Source of the DNA: Bryobacterales bacterium
Lineage (GTDB): Bacteria > Acidobacteriota > Terriglobia > Bryobacterales > UBA6623
Assembly: GCA_965219605.1 (NCBI GenBank)
Contig: CBDCOC010000004.1
Coordinates: forward strand, 121,619 to 185,618
Direction of reading: 5' to 3'
DNA length: 64,000 nt
Shown: positions 27,698 through 37,755 of the stretch, piece by piece
How the letters are laid out: the number at the start of each line of letters is the position of its first letter
Numbering within the stretch: the first letter of the stretch is position 1
Program-made: the position numbers and the translations under genes
The notes under the pieces: generated by a model
The model's input: only the letters and a program-made list of their open reading frames with translations
Told to the model about the DNA's origin: nothing
Databases searched by the model: none

Positions 27698-29431
27698 CTA
27701 CCGGCGGGTGATCTCGACCTGCCAGACTCCGGCCGCCTTGCCGCCCTGCGCTAGGCTCGCTGCGAACGATCCCTCCCCGGTCGCTAGCGTAATCCCCTCG
27801 AAGGTAGCGGTCTCCGCTCCGGCCGGAACCGCCACCGATTCTTCCATGCCGCCAAATGCGATTTTGGCGGTCGCTCCGGCCGGGGCTGGATTGGCGAAGG
27901 TGACGGCTACGTCATACGGCCCTGTCGCGGCAACCTCCACTTCCCACTTGCCCAGAACCTTTTGGTCCCGCCCCCAGCCATCGGCGGTCTCCATGCGCCA
28001 GTCCTGGCGTGTCAGCGTCACGCGCCGCTGCTTTTCGCTGCCGATCATGAACCGGACCGCTTGGAAGCCGCGGCTGGCCGAGACGTCGTCGAACCAAGCG
28101 TCATACCCGGCCTTGAGCCGCTCGACGACCTCGGGCATGTCGCCCGCGAGATCTATTTCCTCTCCGGGATCGGACAGCAGGTCGTAGAGTTCGAACGCGG
28201 CATCTGCCGGCGGGGGCTGCCGGAAGCTCAAAGGCTGCAACAGCTTGAACCGCTGTTCCACGGCAGCGAACGCGCGATAGCGCTGGGGCTCGTTGCCGCG
28301 GTGGGTTTGGACGTAGTAGGTTCTCGCCGGCAGATCCTCGACTTCGCCGTCCCAGAGGGGGAGCAGGTTGATGCCGTCGAACTCCGCCTCGGTCGGGACG
28401 GCTGCTCCCGTCGCGGCTAGCAGGGTCGGTGCGATGTCGATATGGGCCCCCAGCGGCTCGACCTTGCGCGGTGCCAGGCGGTCGGGCCAGCGTATTAGGA
28501 ACGGCACGCGAATGCCGCCCTCGTACACGCTCGATTTCTGGTCGCGCAGTCCAGCATGGTACAGCCGTGTGTTCGGCCCGTTGTCGGTCATGAAGATGAA
28601 GACGGTGTTGCCGGCAAGACTGTGTGCCTCTAGATGGTCAAGCAATCGTCCGACATTGTCGTCAATATTCGTGATCATGCCGTAGATCCGGGCGTCCTTG
28701 TCGGCAAGTCCCTGGGCGGCATAGGGCTCCCGGTAGGAGTCTGGCACCAAGTACGGAGAGTGCGGCGCGTTGGTCGGGATGTAGGCGAAGAAGGGCTCGC
28801 CGCTCGCGTCCCCGATCCACTCCATCGCCTCGTCAAAGTAGACATCGGTGCAGTAGCCTTGGAAGGACTCCTGCTCGCCGTTGCGGAACAGGATCGGGTC
28901 GAAGTAGTCCGATCCGGGCGGGCTCGATGGCTGCCCGATCCCGCCGCCCTTATGCACCACGGAAGTTTGGAAGCCTTGGTCCATTGCGCGCTGGGGGTAG
29001 TTGTCCCCAAGGTGCCACTTGCCGAAGATGCCGGTCCGATAGCCGGAATCCCGGAGCATCTCGGCGATGGTGAGTTCATCCGGTGCCATCATGGCGCGCC
29101 CGAGATACGTGTCGACTACACCCGTGCGGTAGTTGTAGCGACCGGTCATCAGCGCCGCCCGCGTCGGGGCGCATACCGGCGATACGTAAAAGCGCGTCAT
29201 TTCGACGCTCTCGGCCGCCAGAGCGTCGAGCCGCGGTGTTTGCAGGACCGGGTCGCCGTGCGAGCCGAGTTGCGCCCAGCCCTGATCGTCGGTCATGATC
29301 AGAACGATGTTGGGCCTGTCGGGTGGATTGCTGGCAGGCGTGCAGGCCGGTGCCAGCAAGCTGAGCGCTACAAGAGCGTAAGCAGCTGTGATACCAACGG
29401 ATCCAAGCCGCTCGATAGCCGTGTCTCGCAT
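27698..29431 (-). CDS. Arylsulfatase (formylglycine-dependent sulfatase family)
   Basis: PNIVLIMTDDQGW...SPVCAPTRAALMTGRY, which contains the CxPxR motif. ATG at 29431 precedes a signal-like segment. Confidence 0.9.
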   Translation of the reverse strand: MRDTAIERLGSVGITAAYALVALSLLAPACTPASNPPDRPNIVLIMTDDQGWAQLGSHGDPVLQTPRLDALAAESVEMTRFYVSPVCAPTRAALMTGRYNYRTGVVDTYLGRAMMAPDELTIAEMLRDSGYRTGIFGKWHLGDNYPQRAMDQGFQTSVVHKGGGIGQPSSPPGSDYFDPILFRNGEQESFQGYCTDVYFDEAMEWIGDASGEPFFAYIPTNAPHSPYLVPDSYREPYAAQGLADKDARIYGMITNIDDNVGRLLDHLEAHSLAGNTVFIFMTDNGPNTRLYHAGLRDQKSSVYEGGIRVPFLIRWPDRLAPRKVEPLGAHIDIAPTLLAATGAAVPTEAEFDGINLLPLWDGEVEDLPARTYYVQTHRGNEPQRYRAFAAVEQRFKLLQPLSFRQPPPADAAFELYDLLSDPGEEIDLAGDMPEVVERLKAGYDAWFDDVSASRGFQAVRFMIGSEKQRRVTLTRQDWRMETADGWGRDQKVLGKWEVEVAATGPYDVAVTFANPAPAGATAKIAFGGMEESVAVPAGAETATFEGITLATGEGSFAASLAQGGKAAGVWQVEITRR

Positions 29432-29721
29432 GCGGTCCCGTAAGTGCAGGCGGGCTGCAAGTGCTTGGCAGCATTGACGCCTTGCGCCTGCTGCAAGAAG
29501 TGCGTATCTCATTTCTCAGTTGCCTCCGTGGCGAAGAAGCGATCGGACATCTCTCGACTCCGAGGATTGGCGTCATGGTTCTCGGGGTTGCGGATGTCGA
29601 AATCGAGCTGCTGCCGGGCACGATGCACCGCAGCGGCGTGTGAAGCCTTGCTGTCGGGTGGGTGCGACATCGATTCCCCTCGTTCTTCGCCCTGTGCGGC
29701 CCGCTCGCCCAATAGCCGCGA

Positions 29722-30567
29722 CTAGCCGCGGCTTCGGCGGACGGGGTTCTCGAGCACGCCGATGCCGGAAACTTCGACCTCGCAGATGTCCCCGTGCTTC
29801 ATGGCGCTGGTCGATCCCGGCGTTCCCGTGAAGATGGAGTCGCCGGGTTGCAGCGTCAGGTACCGGCTGATGAAACTCACGATCCTTTCCGGCTTGAAGA
29901 GCAGGTCGCTGATCTTCTGCTGCTGCTTCACCTGGCCGTTGAGGCGCAGCGTGATCTCAGACTCCGCGTAGTCGAGGCCGGGCACGATCCATGGCCCCAT
30001 TGGGGCGAACGTATCACAGCCCTTGCCCCGCCACCATTGCAAGTCGCCGCCTTGCCAGTCGCGCTCCGAAACGTCATTGCCGCAGGTGTAGCCCAGGATG
30101 TGGTCCGCTGCCTCGCTTTCGGAGACGTTCCGGGTCTGCTTGCCCATCACGATCACGAATTCCGCCTCGTAGTGCGTGTTCCTCGACTCTGCCGGGATCA
30201 CGATGGGATCGCCGGGATTCTGGAGCGAGGTCGTCGGCTTGTAGAAGATCTCCGGGTGGGCCGGCTCGGGGCGGTCGCCAAGGTGGCTCTTGTAGTTCAG
30301 GCCCACGGCGAGCACCTTGGGCGAGCGGACGGGGTAGAGCAGCTTGACGTCGGCGAGCGCGAGCTTGCCGCACGTGCGCTTGGTCTTCTTGAGAAAGCTG
30401 CCATCCAGCGGGTAGACGGTGTCGCCCTCTAGCTCGCCGTAGGCTTGTCGCTCGCCATGGCGGTAGCGCACGTACCGCACGCCATGGCTGTCGGCTCGCA
30501 GGCCGGGGATCGCAGCCGAGGCGGCGGCTCCGGCCAGCAGGTTCCGCCTGTTCAGGTTCATGGACAC
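29722..30567 (-). CDS. Fumarylacetoacetate hydrolase (FAH) family protein with a twin-arginine-like signal
   Basis: MSMNLNRRNLLAGAAASAAIPGL.... ...HYEAEFVIVMGK...GYTCGNDVSERDWQ...KGCDTFAPMGPWIV...GDSIFTGTPGS.... Confidence 0.85.
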   Translation of the reverse strand: MSMNLNRRNLLAGAAASAAIPGLRADSHGVRYVRYRHGERQAYGELEGDTVYPLDGSFLKKTKRTCGKLALADVKLLYPVRSPKVLAVGLNYKSHLGDRPEPAHPEIFYKPTTSLQNPGDPIVIPAESRNTHYEAEFVIVMGKQTRNVSESEAADHILGYTCGNDVSERDWQGGDLQWWRGKGCDTFAPMGPWIVPGLDYAESEITLRLNGQVKQQQKISDLLFKPERIVSFISRYLTLQPGDSIFTGTPGSTSAMKHGDICEVEVSGIGVLENPVRRSRG

Positions 30568-30638
30568 TCGCAGGGCCTCCTGAAGGCAATAGTAGCAGTG
30601 GAGGATTGCCGATTCGGGCCGCTATACCATGGTCAGCG

Positions 30639-33011
30639 ATGCGCCAAAGGTCGCTGGCACTGCTCGGAGCTTGCGTTCTCGCCGCTTCTGTCGCGCTGGA
30701 CGCGGCCCCCGGGATCGCGGCCAGCAGCGGCGGAGCCACGTTCGAGCTTCCCGGCCCGCATTTTTACTTGGAACCCGGCGAAGGGCTCACCCCGCTCTCT
30801 GCGAGTGCGGGCATCCAGCTCAGGGGCCGGCTACTGGTACCGCGGGCTGGCATGCACCGGTTCTTCCCGGGGGAGGGAAGACTCCGCATCGGCGGTCGAG
30901 AGGCCGGCCCCGACGGCCTGCGCCTGGAAGCCGGCGAGCACGGCTTCGACTTCCGTGCGGCGCGGGTGCCGGGGCCGCTTCAGGTTTCGTTGCAGTGGGA
31001 AGGCCCCGGGTTCGGGCGCGAGCCGGTTCCCACCAGGTTTTTTGCGCACGACCCGCCGAGCGCTCCTGCGCCGGACGGCCGCCTGCTGTTCGAAGAGCTC
31101 GGGTGTTCGAACTGCCATCTCGCGGATTCGTCCTCCATCGGGCGCAAGCAGGGCCCGGTGCTCGACGGCCTGGGCGGGCGGGTCAAGCCCGCTTGGATTC
31201 GGCATTGGCTGGATGCGCCCCAAAGCTTCCGCGCCTGGGCCACGATGCCCGCCCTGCTCTCTGCCGCGGAGCGCGGGCATGTTGCCGCCTTCCTGGCGTC
31301 GCTGGCAGCCGGCACGCTGGCCGAGCCTGCCATTGACCAGCACAATTCCCGGCGCGGCCGAACGAGCTTCCAGTCCCTCGGCTGCACCGCCTGCCATACC
31401 GCCGAGCTCGCGCTCGCGGGCCTCGGCTCGAAGATGAGCGTTGGCCGGCTGCAAGAATTTCTCCGCGACCCCTTGCGCTATGCCCCGGCCGGGCGCATGC
31501 CGTCGTTCCACCTGAACGCAGAGGAGTCCCTCGACCTGGCCGCATTCTTGACACTCTCCACCAATCCATCGTTCGAGCGCCCCGTGGCGGGCGGTGATAT
31601 CAGCGCGGGCAGGGAACTCGTCCGCACCGCGGGCTGCCTGGCGTGCCACGCATTGGACGGCATGCAATCCGCGCACGCCGCCCCTCGGCTGGCGACCTTG
31701 GACTCCAGCCGGGGCTGCTTGGCCGGCGAGGCCTCGGGGCGCGTCCCGCGCTATCGCCTGGCGCAAGGCCAGCGCGACGCGCTGCGACGATTCATCGAGA
31801 CCTACCGCAACGCTCCTGACACGGTACCCGCGCCGATCTTCGACCTGCAGCGCCGGTTGCGGCAATTGCGCTGCCAAGGCTGCCATGAGATCAATGGCCG
31901 GGCGCCGACAGGCGTGATCGCCGAGGCCGCGCCGCCTCTGACCGGAGTCGGGCGGAAACTGAGGGCGGCATGGATCGAACGGGTGATCCGTTCCGGGCAG
32001 GTCACGCTGGACTGGCAGCAGCTGCGCATGCCGGGCTACGGGGCGGCGCATGCCGCCGGGCTGGCCGCGGCCCTTGCGAAGTCTTCCGGCGTGAATCCGC
32101 AAGAGGCTCCGCCGGCTGTTCCAGCCGGCGACCGGCAGAAAGGGCATGCCATGCTGGGCGTCGACGCGCGGAAATCCGGCCTGGGCTGCATCGGCTGTCA
32201 CGGATGGGGAGAGTTCCCGTCCTTGGGCGAGAACGGGCCGAACTTGCTCGCGGCGGGCCAGCGCTTGCGCTGGCCGTGGTTCGAGCGTTGGATGCGGAAC
32301 CCTGCGCGCCTGCTCGAGGGCACGTCCATGCCCGCCTATTTCGGGGACGAAGGCAACCCTGCCCATGCGCTGGCCATCAAGGACCTGTGGGCGGCATTCC
32401 GCTCCGCGGCCGATCTCCCGCCACCGTTCGGGTTTCGGCTCGGCGACTTGCCGGGCGATGGCGAGGCAAGGCCGGTGCCGGCCGAGCGGGCGATCGTCAT
32501 CCGGTGGGACATGCCCGAGGCCAGCCCGGCGGCGATTGCCGTCGGGCTGCCGGGCGGCGTGTCCTATTGCTTCGATGCAGGCGAGTCCAGATTGCGCTAC
32601 GCGTGGCGCGGGGGTTTCGTGGATATGACCCGGACGCTGCTCAACAAGAAGAATCGCGAGACCGATCTGACAGAGACGGCCGAGATTGTTGGCGAGATCT
32701 TCTTCCGCGAAGAGCGCTCGCCGGTCCGCGCCGGAGACAGGGAGCGCATCCCCCGGCGGCGTTTCCGGGGGTATCGGCTGGTGGATTCGCTGCCCGAATT
32801 CCACTACCAGGTCGATGGCGTGGATGTGTACGAGCTGATCGCCCCCGTCGCGGGCGGCATCGTCCGACGCTTCCGGATCGGCGAGGTCTCGCGGCCGATG
32901 TGGCTTGTGCCCGGCGCGGCAGAAGGGGTGCGCATCCGTTCCAGCCTGCCAGGCGTGCGGATTCCGCGCGGCAGGGATGTCCGATTCGAGGTCAGCGTTG
33001 TCGCGGAGTAG
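30639..33011 (+). CDS. Multihaem c-type cytochrome domain protein (five CxxCH motifs)
   Basis: CSNCH, CTACH, CLACH, CQGCH and CIGCH. Signal peptide MRQRSLALLGACVLAASVALDA. Confidence 0.75.
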   Translation: MRQRSLALLGACVLAASVALDAAPGIAASSGGATFELPGPHFYLEPGEGLTPLSASAGIQLRGRLLVPRAGMHRFFPGEGRLRIGGREAGPDGLRLEAGEHGFDFRAARVPGPLQVSLQWEGPGFGREPVPTRFFAHDPPSAPAPDGRLLFEELGCSNCHLADSSSIGRKQGPVLDGLGGRVKPAWIRHWLDAPQSFRAWATMPALLSAAERGHVAAFLASLAAGTLAEPAIDQHNSRRGRTSFQSLGCTACHTAELALAGLGSKMSVGRLQEFLRDPLRYAPAGRMPSFHLNAEESLDLAAFLTLSTNPSFERPVAGGDISAGRELVRTAGCLACHALDGMQSAHAAPRLATLDSSRGCLAGEASGRVPRYRLAQGQRDALRRFIETYRNAPDTVPAPIFDLQRRLRQLRCQGCHEINGRAPTGVIAEAAPPLTGVGRKLRAAWIERVIRSGQVTLDWQQLRMPGYGAAHAAGLAAALAKSSGVNPQEAPPAVPAGDRQKGHAMLGVDARKSGLGCIGCHGWGEFPSLGENGPNLLAAGQRLRWPWFERWMRNPARLLEGTSMPAYFGDEGNPAHALAIKDLWAAFRSAADLPPPFGFRLGDLPGDGEARPVPAERAIVIRWDMPEASPAAIAVGLPGGVSYCFDAGESRLRYAWRGGFVDMTRTLLNKKNRETDLTETAEIVGEIFFREERSPVRAGDRERIPRRRFRGYRLVDSLPEFHYQVDGVDVYELIAPVAGGIVRRFRIGEVSRPMWLVPGAAEGVRIRSSLPGVRIPRGRDVRFEVSVVAE

Positions 33012-34521
33012 GGATTGCCGGACGTGGGGGCCGCTTGCCGCGGCCCTGCTGGGTTGCGCCGCAGGCGGCCTCGCGCAGGTCCCCGGCAGCGCGTACAGGG
33101 TCGAGACCATCGCCGGCCCCCGCGGCGTAGCGCCGGAGGTGACCGCTGTCGAGTTCGGCTACGACGGCAGGCTGTACGCGGCCTTCCGGCGGGGCTATAT
33201 CTACTCTTTCGACCCAGGCACGAACCGCTGGCGCCGCTTCGCCGAAGGGCTGCACACCCCGCTGGGCATCGCTAAGGGGGACGGGCCGGGTGAATTCCTG
33301 GTGGCCCAAGTCCCGGAGCTGACCCGGGTGGCTGACACGGACCTGGACGGGACGGCGGACCTGTTCGAGACGGTCTCGGACGGCTGGGGGCTGTCGGGCA
33401 ATTACCACGAGTTCATCGCCGGCCCGGTGCGAGACAGCGAAGGGAAGCTGTATGTCTCACTAGGCCTGGCCTCGGGCAACGCCGAACCGCGCCCGCCCAT
33501 GCGCGGCGAACAGGCCCGCAGCCCCCGGCGCGCCGCGAATCCGCAGGAGGGCAGGGTCAACAGCCTCGGGCACTATTCGCCCGTGCCGTATCGCGGCTGC
33601 GCCCTGCAGATTTCCGGCGACGGTTCCGTGCGCGTGTTTTCGTGCGGCTTCCGCCAGCCCAACGGCCTTGTCGCCAGCCCGCTGGGCGAGATCTTCGCGA
33701 CGGACAACCAAGGCGACTGGGTCGGCACGTCCCCCCTGCACCACGTCACGGACGGCGCTTTTCACGGGCACCCCGCATCGCTCCACTGGCACCCGGGATT
33801 TCCGGGCGCCAACCCCGTCGAGGCGGAAGTGGCCGACTTGGACCGCCGTCGCAAGAGGCCGGCAGTCCTGTTCCCGCAGGGCGACATGGGCGGATCCACG
33901 GCCGGCCCCGCCTTCGATCTCAGCGGGGGCGCGTTCGGGCCCTATGCGGGCCAGATGTTCGTGGCCGAGTGGACGTATCCGCGCATCTTGCGCGTCGACC
34001 TGCAGCTCGTGCGGGGCGAGTACCAAGGGGCCGCCTTCTTGTTCGTCGACGGCAACGGCTTGCGCATGGCCAACAACCGCCTTGCGTTCTCGCCGGGCGG
34101 CGACAGCCTGTACGTCGCGCAGACCTCGCGGATCTGGGGCTCGACGGAGGGGCTGCAGCGCATCGTCTGGCAGGGCAGTGTGCCGCTCGACATCCTGACC
34201 ATGAAACTGACCAGGCGCGGTTTCGAGCTGACCTTTACCAAGCCCGTGGACGAGCGGTCCGCGCGTGACGCGGCCAGCTATTCCCTGACGCGCTACTACT
34301 ACCGCTACCACTCCGCCTACGGCTCGCCGAAGACCGAACTGACCCCTGTCACCGTCTCGGAGGTGGACGTAGCGGCGGACGGGCTGCGTGTCTCGCTGGG
34401 CATTGCCGACCTGCGCGAGGGCTGGCTCTACGACTTGCGGCCCGCGGGCATCCGGGGACGGGACGGCGAGCCGCTGGCGACGACCGTGGCTGCCTACACG
34501 CTGAACAACTTGGTCGACTAG
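32977..34521 (+). CDS. Beta-propeller protein similar to soluble glucose/sorbosone (PQQ-type) dehydrogenase-like proteins
   Basis: ...YRVETIAGPRGVAPEVTAVEFGYDGRLYAAFRRGYIYSFDP...DNQGDWVGTSPLHHV.... Start uncertain; the gene overlaps the end of the cytochrome gene. Confidence 0.55.
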   Translation: MSDSRSALSRSRDCRTWGPLAAALLGCAAGGLAQVPGSAYRVETIAGPRGVAPEVTAVEFGYDGRLYAAFRRGYIYSFDPGTNRWRRFAEGLHTPLGIAKGDGPGEFLVAQVPELTRVADTDLDGTADLFETVSDGWGLSGNYHEFIAGPVRDSEGKLYVSLGLASGNAEPRPPMRGEQARSPRRAANPQEGRVNSLGHYSPVPYRGCALQISGDGSVRVFSCGFRQPNGLVASPLGEIFATDNQGDWVGTSPLHHVTDGAFHGHPASLHWHPGFPGANPVEAEVADLDRRRKRPAVLFPQGDMGGSTAGPAFDLSGGAFGPYAGQMFVAEWTYPRILRVDLQLVRGEYQGAAFLFVDGNGLRMANNRLAFSPGGDSLYVAQTSRIWGSTEGLQRIVWQGSVPLDILTMKLTRRGFELTFTKPVDERSARDAASYSLTRYYYRYHSAYGSPKTELTPVTVSEVDVAADGLRVSLGIADLREGWLYDLRPAGIRGRDGEPLATTVAAYTLNNLVD

Positions 34522-35189
34522 TCCCGGCGCGTCAGGGCCTCACTCGCCCCCAGCTCGCGGATGCGGATGTTGCGGAATGCAACGCGCATCGGCTCGCCGC
34601 GATGCAGCTGCATCGCCAGCACGCCCCGAAGCGCTCCCGGGTCGAGCACGTCGTTGGTAACCGTGCCGTTGACGCGGATGCGGACGCGGTGGGCGTCGCA
34701 GAGAATTTCGACGTCATTCCAGCCTGCCCGCACGACATGCTCGGCCCTGTGCTGCCAGCCGTCCAGGATGAGACCGCCGGGCAAGCCCTCCCCGTGCAGG
34801 TTGCCCCAGCCCTTGCCCGAGGCGAGGTCGGCCTGATAGCCGCGCACGGTCCAGCGCCCGGTGCGCTCGCTGCGAAACTGCATGCCGCTGTTGCCGTTCC
34901 GCAGCTTAACCTCGAAGCGGAGCACGAAATCGCCGAACTCGCGCTCGGAGATCAAGAAGGAATTCTCGCGCAGCGGGCGCCCGTCGGTGCTGCCGACGAT
35001 GGAACCGTCGCCGACGCTCCACAGATCCGGGTCGCCATCCCAGCCGCGCAAGTCGCTGCCGTTGAACAGGGGGGCAAAGCCGTCAGCTGCCTCCTGGCCG
35101 GCCAGTTCGGCCGCGCCGAGCGGCGCGAGCGCTGCCAGCAGCGGCAAGGCGGCCCGGGACACGCGCTGCTTGCCCGGCCAGCGCCCCAT
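34518..35189 (-). CDS. DUF1080 (3-keto-disaccharide hydrolase-like) domain protein
   Basis: ...FAPLFNGSDLRGWDGDPDLWSVGDGSIVGS...NSGMQFRS...VAFRNIRIREL. Confidence 0.8.
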   Translation of the reverse strand: MGRWPGKQRVSRAALPLLAALAPLGAAELAGQEAADGFAPLFNGSDLRGWDGDPDLWSVGDGSIVGSTDGRPLRENSFLISEREFGDFVLRFEVKLRNGNSGMQFRSERTGRWTVRGYQADLASGKGWGNLHGEGLPGGLILDGWQHRAEHVVRAGWNDVEILCDAHRVRIRVNGTVTNDVLDPGALRGVLAMQLHRGEPMRVAFRNIRIRELGASEALTRRD

Positions 35190-35193
35190 CCGT

Positions 35194-36267
35194 CTAGGCC
35201 GCCTGTGCCGCCAGTTCCTCCGCCTGGCGGGCAGTCGTGAGCGGCTCGATCAGAACGTCGAGGTCGCCGTCCAAGACTTGGCCGAGCTGGTGGACCTTGA
35301 GGCCGATCCGGTGGTCGGTAATGCGCATCTCCGGGAAATTGTAGGTGCGGATCTTCTCCGAGCGGTCACCGCTACGGACCATTGCCCGCCGCTGCTGTGC
35401 CTGTTCCGAGTGCTGCTTCTGGCGTTCGATCTCGTAGAGCCGCGAGCGCAGCACCTGCAGGGCCTTCTTGCGGTTCTTGATCTGGGATTTCTCGTCCTGG
35501 CACGTGACCACCAAGCCGGTCGGCTGGTGCGTGATGCGGACCGCGGAATAGGTGGTGTTGACGGACTGGCCGCCGGGGCCGGACGAGCAATAGGTGTCAA
35601 TGCGCAGTTCCGCCTCGTTCACTTCGAGGTCGACCTCGTCGGCCTCTGGCAGCACCGCCACGGTTACCGCCGAGGTATGCACCCTGCCCTGGGATTCCGT
35701 CCTCGGCACGCGCTGCACGCGATGGACACCGCTCTCGTACTTGAGGCGGGAATAGACGCGCCGCCCCTTCACCAGGGCGATCAGCTCCTTGATCCCTCCT
35801 GCCTCCGAGTCGTTGCGCGAAGTGATCTCGATGCTCCAACCGCGGACTTCGGCGTACTTGGAATACATGCGGAAGATCTCGCCGGCGAACAGCGTGGCCT
35901 CGTCGCCGCCGGTGCCCGCCCGGATCTCGAGGACCGCGCCTTTTTCGTCGGCCGGGTCGACCGGCAGCAGAAGGATGCGGATTTCCGCCGCAATCTTGCC
36001 CTGTAGCGCTTCCAGTCTCTCGATTTCCTCAGCCGCCATCTCCGCAATCTCGGGATCGGACTCGCCGAGAAGCTCGCGCGCCTCTTCAAGTTGAGCGGCT
36101 ACGTCCTTCCAAGCACGGTACTTTTCCACCACTTCGGCGATCGACGAGTGCTGCTTGGCGCACTGCTGGTAGGCTTTCTGGTCGGCCAGCAGGGACGGGT
36201 CTGCCAACCTCGCGGACAGCTCCTCGAAGCGCGCCTCGACTTCTTCAATGCTCCTGATCCAGTCCAT
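35194..36267 (-). CDS. prfA: Peptide chain release factor 1
   Basis: ...RAGTGGDEATLFAGEIFRMYSKYAE...SSGPGGQSVNTTYSAVRITHQPTGLVVTCQDEKSQIKNRKKAL... with the GGQ motif. Confidence 0.95.
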   Translation of the reverse strand: MDWIRSIEEVEARFEELSARLADPSLLADQKAYQQCAKQHSSIAEVVEKYRAWKDVAAQLEEARELLGESDPEIAEMAAEEIERLEALQGKIAAEIRILLLPVDPADEKGAVLEIRAGTGGDEATLFAGEIFRMYSKYAEVRGWSIEITSRNDSEAGGIKELIALVKGRRVYSRLKYESGVHRVQRVPRTESQGRVHTSAVTVAVLPEADEVDLEVNEAELRIDTYCSSGPGGQSVNTTYSAVRITHQPTGLVVTCQDEKSQIKNRKKALQVLRSRLYEIERQKQHSEQAQQRRAMVRSGDRSEKIRTYNFPEMRITDHRIGLKVHQLGQVLDGDLDVLIEPLTTARQAEELAAQAA

Positions 36268-36329
36268 TCCCGTCTCTCCTGGCCGGCCGCGGCTGGCGAT
36301 CTGGCGATCCAGCGATCCGTTCCGGGCCG

Positions 36330-37316
36330 TTAAGCAACGACCGGATCGCCGCCAGCCCGGCGCTCGAATTCGAAAGCGGTCTTGAGGGCGTGGAGGGCGA
36401 CCTCGACCTGGCCGTCATCGGGCTGCTTGGTTGTGACGCGCTGGAGCCACAGGCCGGGGCGCGCCATCAGCATGAACATCCCGCGCTGGCGCTTGGCCGT
36501 GTAGCGGATGATCTCGAAGCTCAGGCCGGCGATCAGCGGCAGCAGCGCGATGCGCGCCGCGAACTGCCCCACGAAGCCCTCGAGGGGCACCAAGGCGTAG
36601 ACCGCGATCGCGACCAGCATCACGACCATCAGGAAGCTCGTCCCGCAGCGCGGGTGCAAGGTGGTGAAGCGCTGCGCGTTCTCGACCGAGAGATCCTGGC
36701 CGGACTCGTAGTTGTAGACCACCTTGTGCTCGGCCCCGTGGTACTCGAACACCCGCCGGATGTCCTTCATTTGCGACAGCGCGAGCAAGAAGCTGAGAAA
36801 GATCGCTATGCGGATGCCGCCCTCGGCGAGGCTGAAGCCGACTTGGTTGTCGAGAGCCGGCAGCCACGCTTGCAGCTGGCTGGCGGCCAGCAGGGGCAGC
36901 AGCTTGTACATCACGATGAAGAAGCCGAGAGAGACTGCGATGTTGAGGGCCAGCGTCCAAGCCGGCAGCTCGCCGTCCTTGGCGCCGTCCTCGCCGGCCG
37001 CTGGTTCCGCCGCTTGGCTGGCCGAGAAGTTCAGGGCTTTCATGCCCAGGGTCATCGACTGGCCGAGAATGCCGCAGCCGCGCACCAAGGGCAGGGCCCA
37101 GAAGCGGCTGCGCTGCGCCAGGCGCGTCGCGACCCCCTCTTTGGTCGTGATCTCGCCGTTGGGCTTGCGCACGGCCACGCAAAATGACTGGGGGGTGCGC
37201 ATCATCACACCTTCCATGACCGCTTGGCCGCCGATCAGCGGATCTCCCTCGCTGTTGCAGGCAGGCCCGGCGGCGCCAACGGCCAACAGCCTTGCAAGTC
37301 TATGCGTTACCCGCAC
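36330..37316 (-). CDS. DUF1385 domain-containing membrane protein
   Basis: ...LIGGQAVMEGVMMRTPQSFCVAVRKPNGEI...EYHGAEHKVV.... GTG at 37316 is preceded by GAGGAA at 6-nt spacing. Confidence 0.75.
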   Translation of the reverse strand: MRVTHRLARLLAVGAAGPACNSEGDPLIGGQAVMEGVMMRTPQSFCVAVRKPNGEITTKEGVATRLAQRSRFWALPLVRGCGILGQSMTLGMKALNFSASQAAEPAAGEDGAKDGELPAWTLALNIAVSLGFFIVMYKLLPLLAASQLQAWLPALDNQVGFSLAEGGIRIAIFLSFLLALSQMKDIRRVFEYHGAEHKVVYNYESGQDLSVENAQRFTTLHPRCGTSFLMVVMLVAIAVYALVPLEGFVGQFAARIALLPLIAGLSFEIIRYTAKRQRGMFMLMARPGLWLQRVTTKQPDDGQVEVALHALKTAFEFERRAGGDPVVA

Positions 37317-37360
37317 GGCAGTTTCCTCGCGATCCTCCCGTTTAGGATACACTGAAGGCC

Positions 37361-37732
37361 ATGCTGGCCCGGATATGGTCACGCCTGCGGCCGGTCGTGC
37401 TCTGGGAGTTCCAGCGCGGCTCGTGGCAGTACGACATCGTCGTGGCCCTGATCTTGGCATTCGTCTTCCTAACGCCGCCGGCCCTGTTCAACGATCGGCC
37501 GAGCGAGCCGGTGGTGCATGAAGTCGAGCATGCTGCGAGCGATGCGCGCGTGTTCTGGATTGATCCGGGCGCGCTGGACCGCGCCGATCCCGCCGGTGCC
37601 AGCGAGCGCCTGCAGTATCTGTTGAGCAGCCACAGCGGCGAATCCCTGCGCATTGTCTCCACGCAGCCTGCGACCGACGATGCCGGGAATATCCAGGCCT
37701 ACTTGGTCTTTGCGGAACCTACTGGCGAGTAG
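37361..37732 (+). CDS. Hypothetical membrane protein
   Basis: 123-aa ORF with one transmembrane helix (YDIVVALILAFVFLTPPALF). No family recognised. Confidence 0.4.
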   Translation: MLARIWSRLRPVVLWEFQRGSWQYDIVVALILAFVFLTPPALFNDRPSEPVVHEVEHAASDARVFWIDPGALDRADPAGASERLQYLLSSHSGESLRIVSTQPATDDAGNIQAYLVFAEPTGE

Positions 37733-37755
37733 CCCCTGATCCAGGCCCGACAGGC

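Noticed and set aside
29509-29712. 67-aa ORF between the sulfatase and the FAH gene
   Set aside because: It has no motifs and only borderline coding appearance. It lies mostly upstream of the preferred sulfatase start, so it may be leader sequence.
30831-33110. 759-aa minus-strand ORF antisense to the multihaem cytochrome gene
   Set aside because: It has no motifs and a shadow-frame composition. The sense frame has five CxxCH motifs and a signal peptide.
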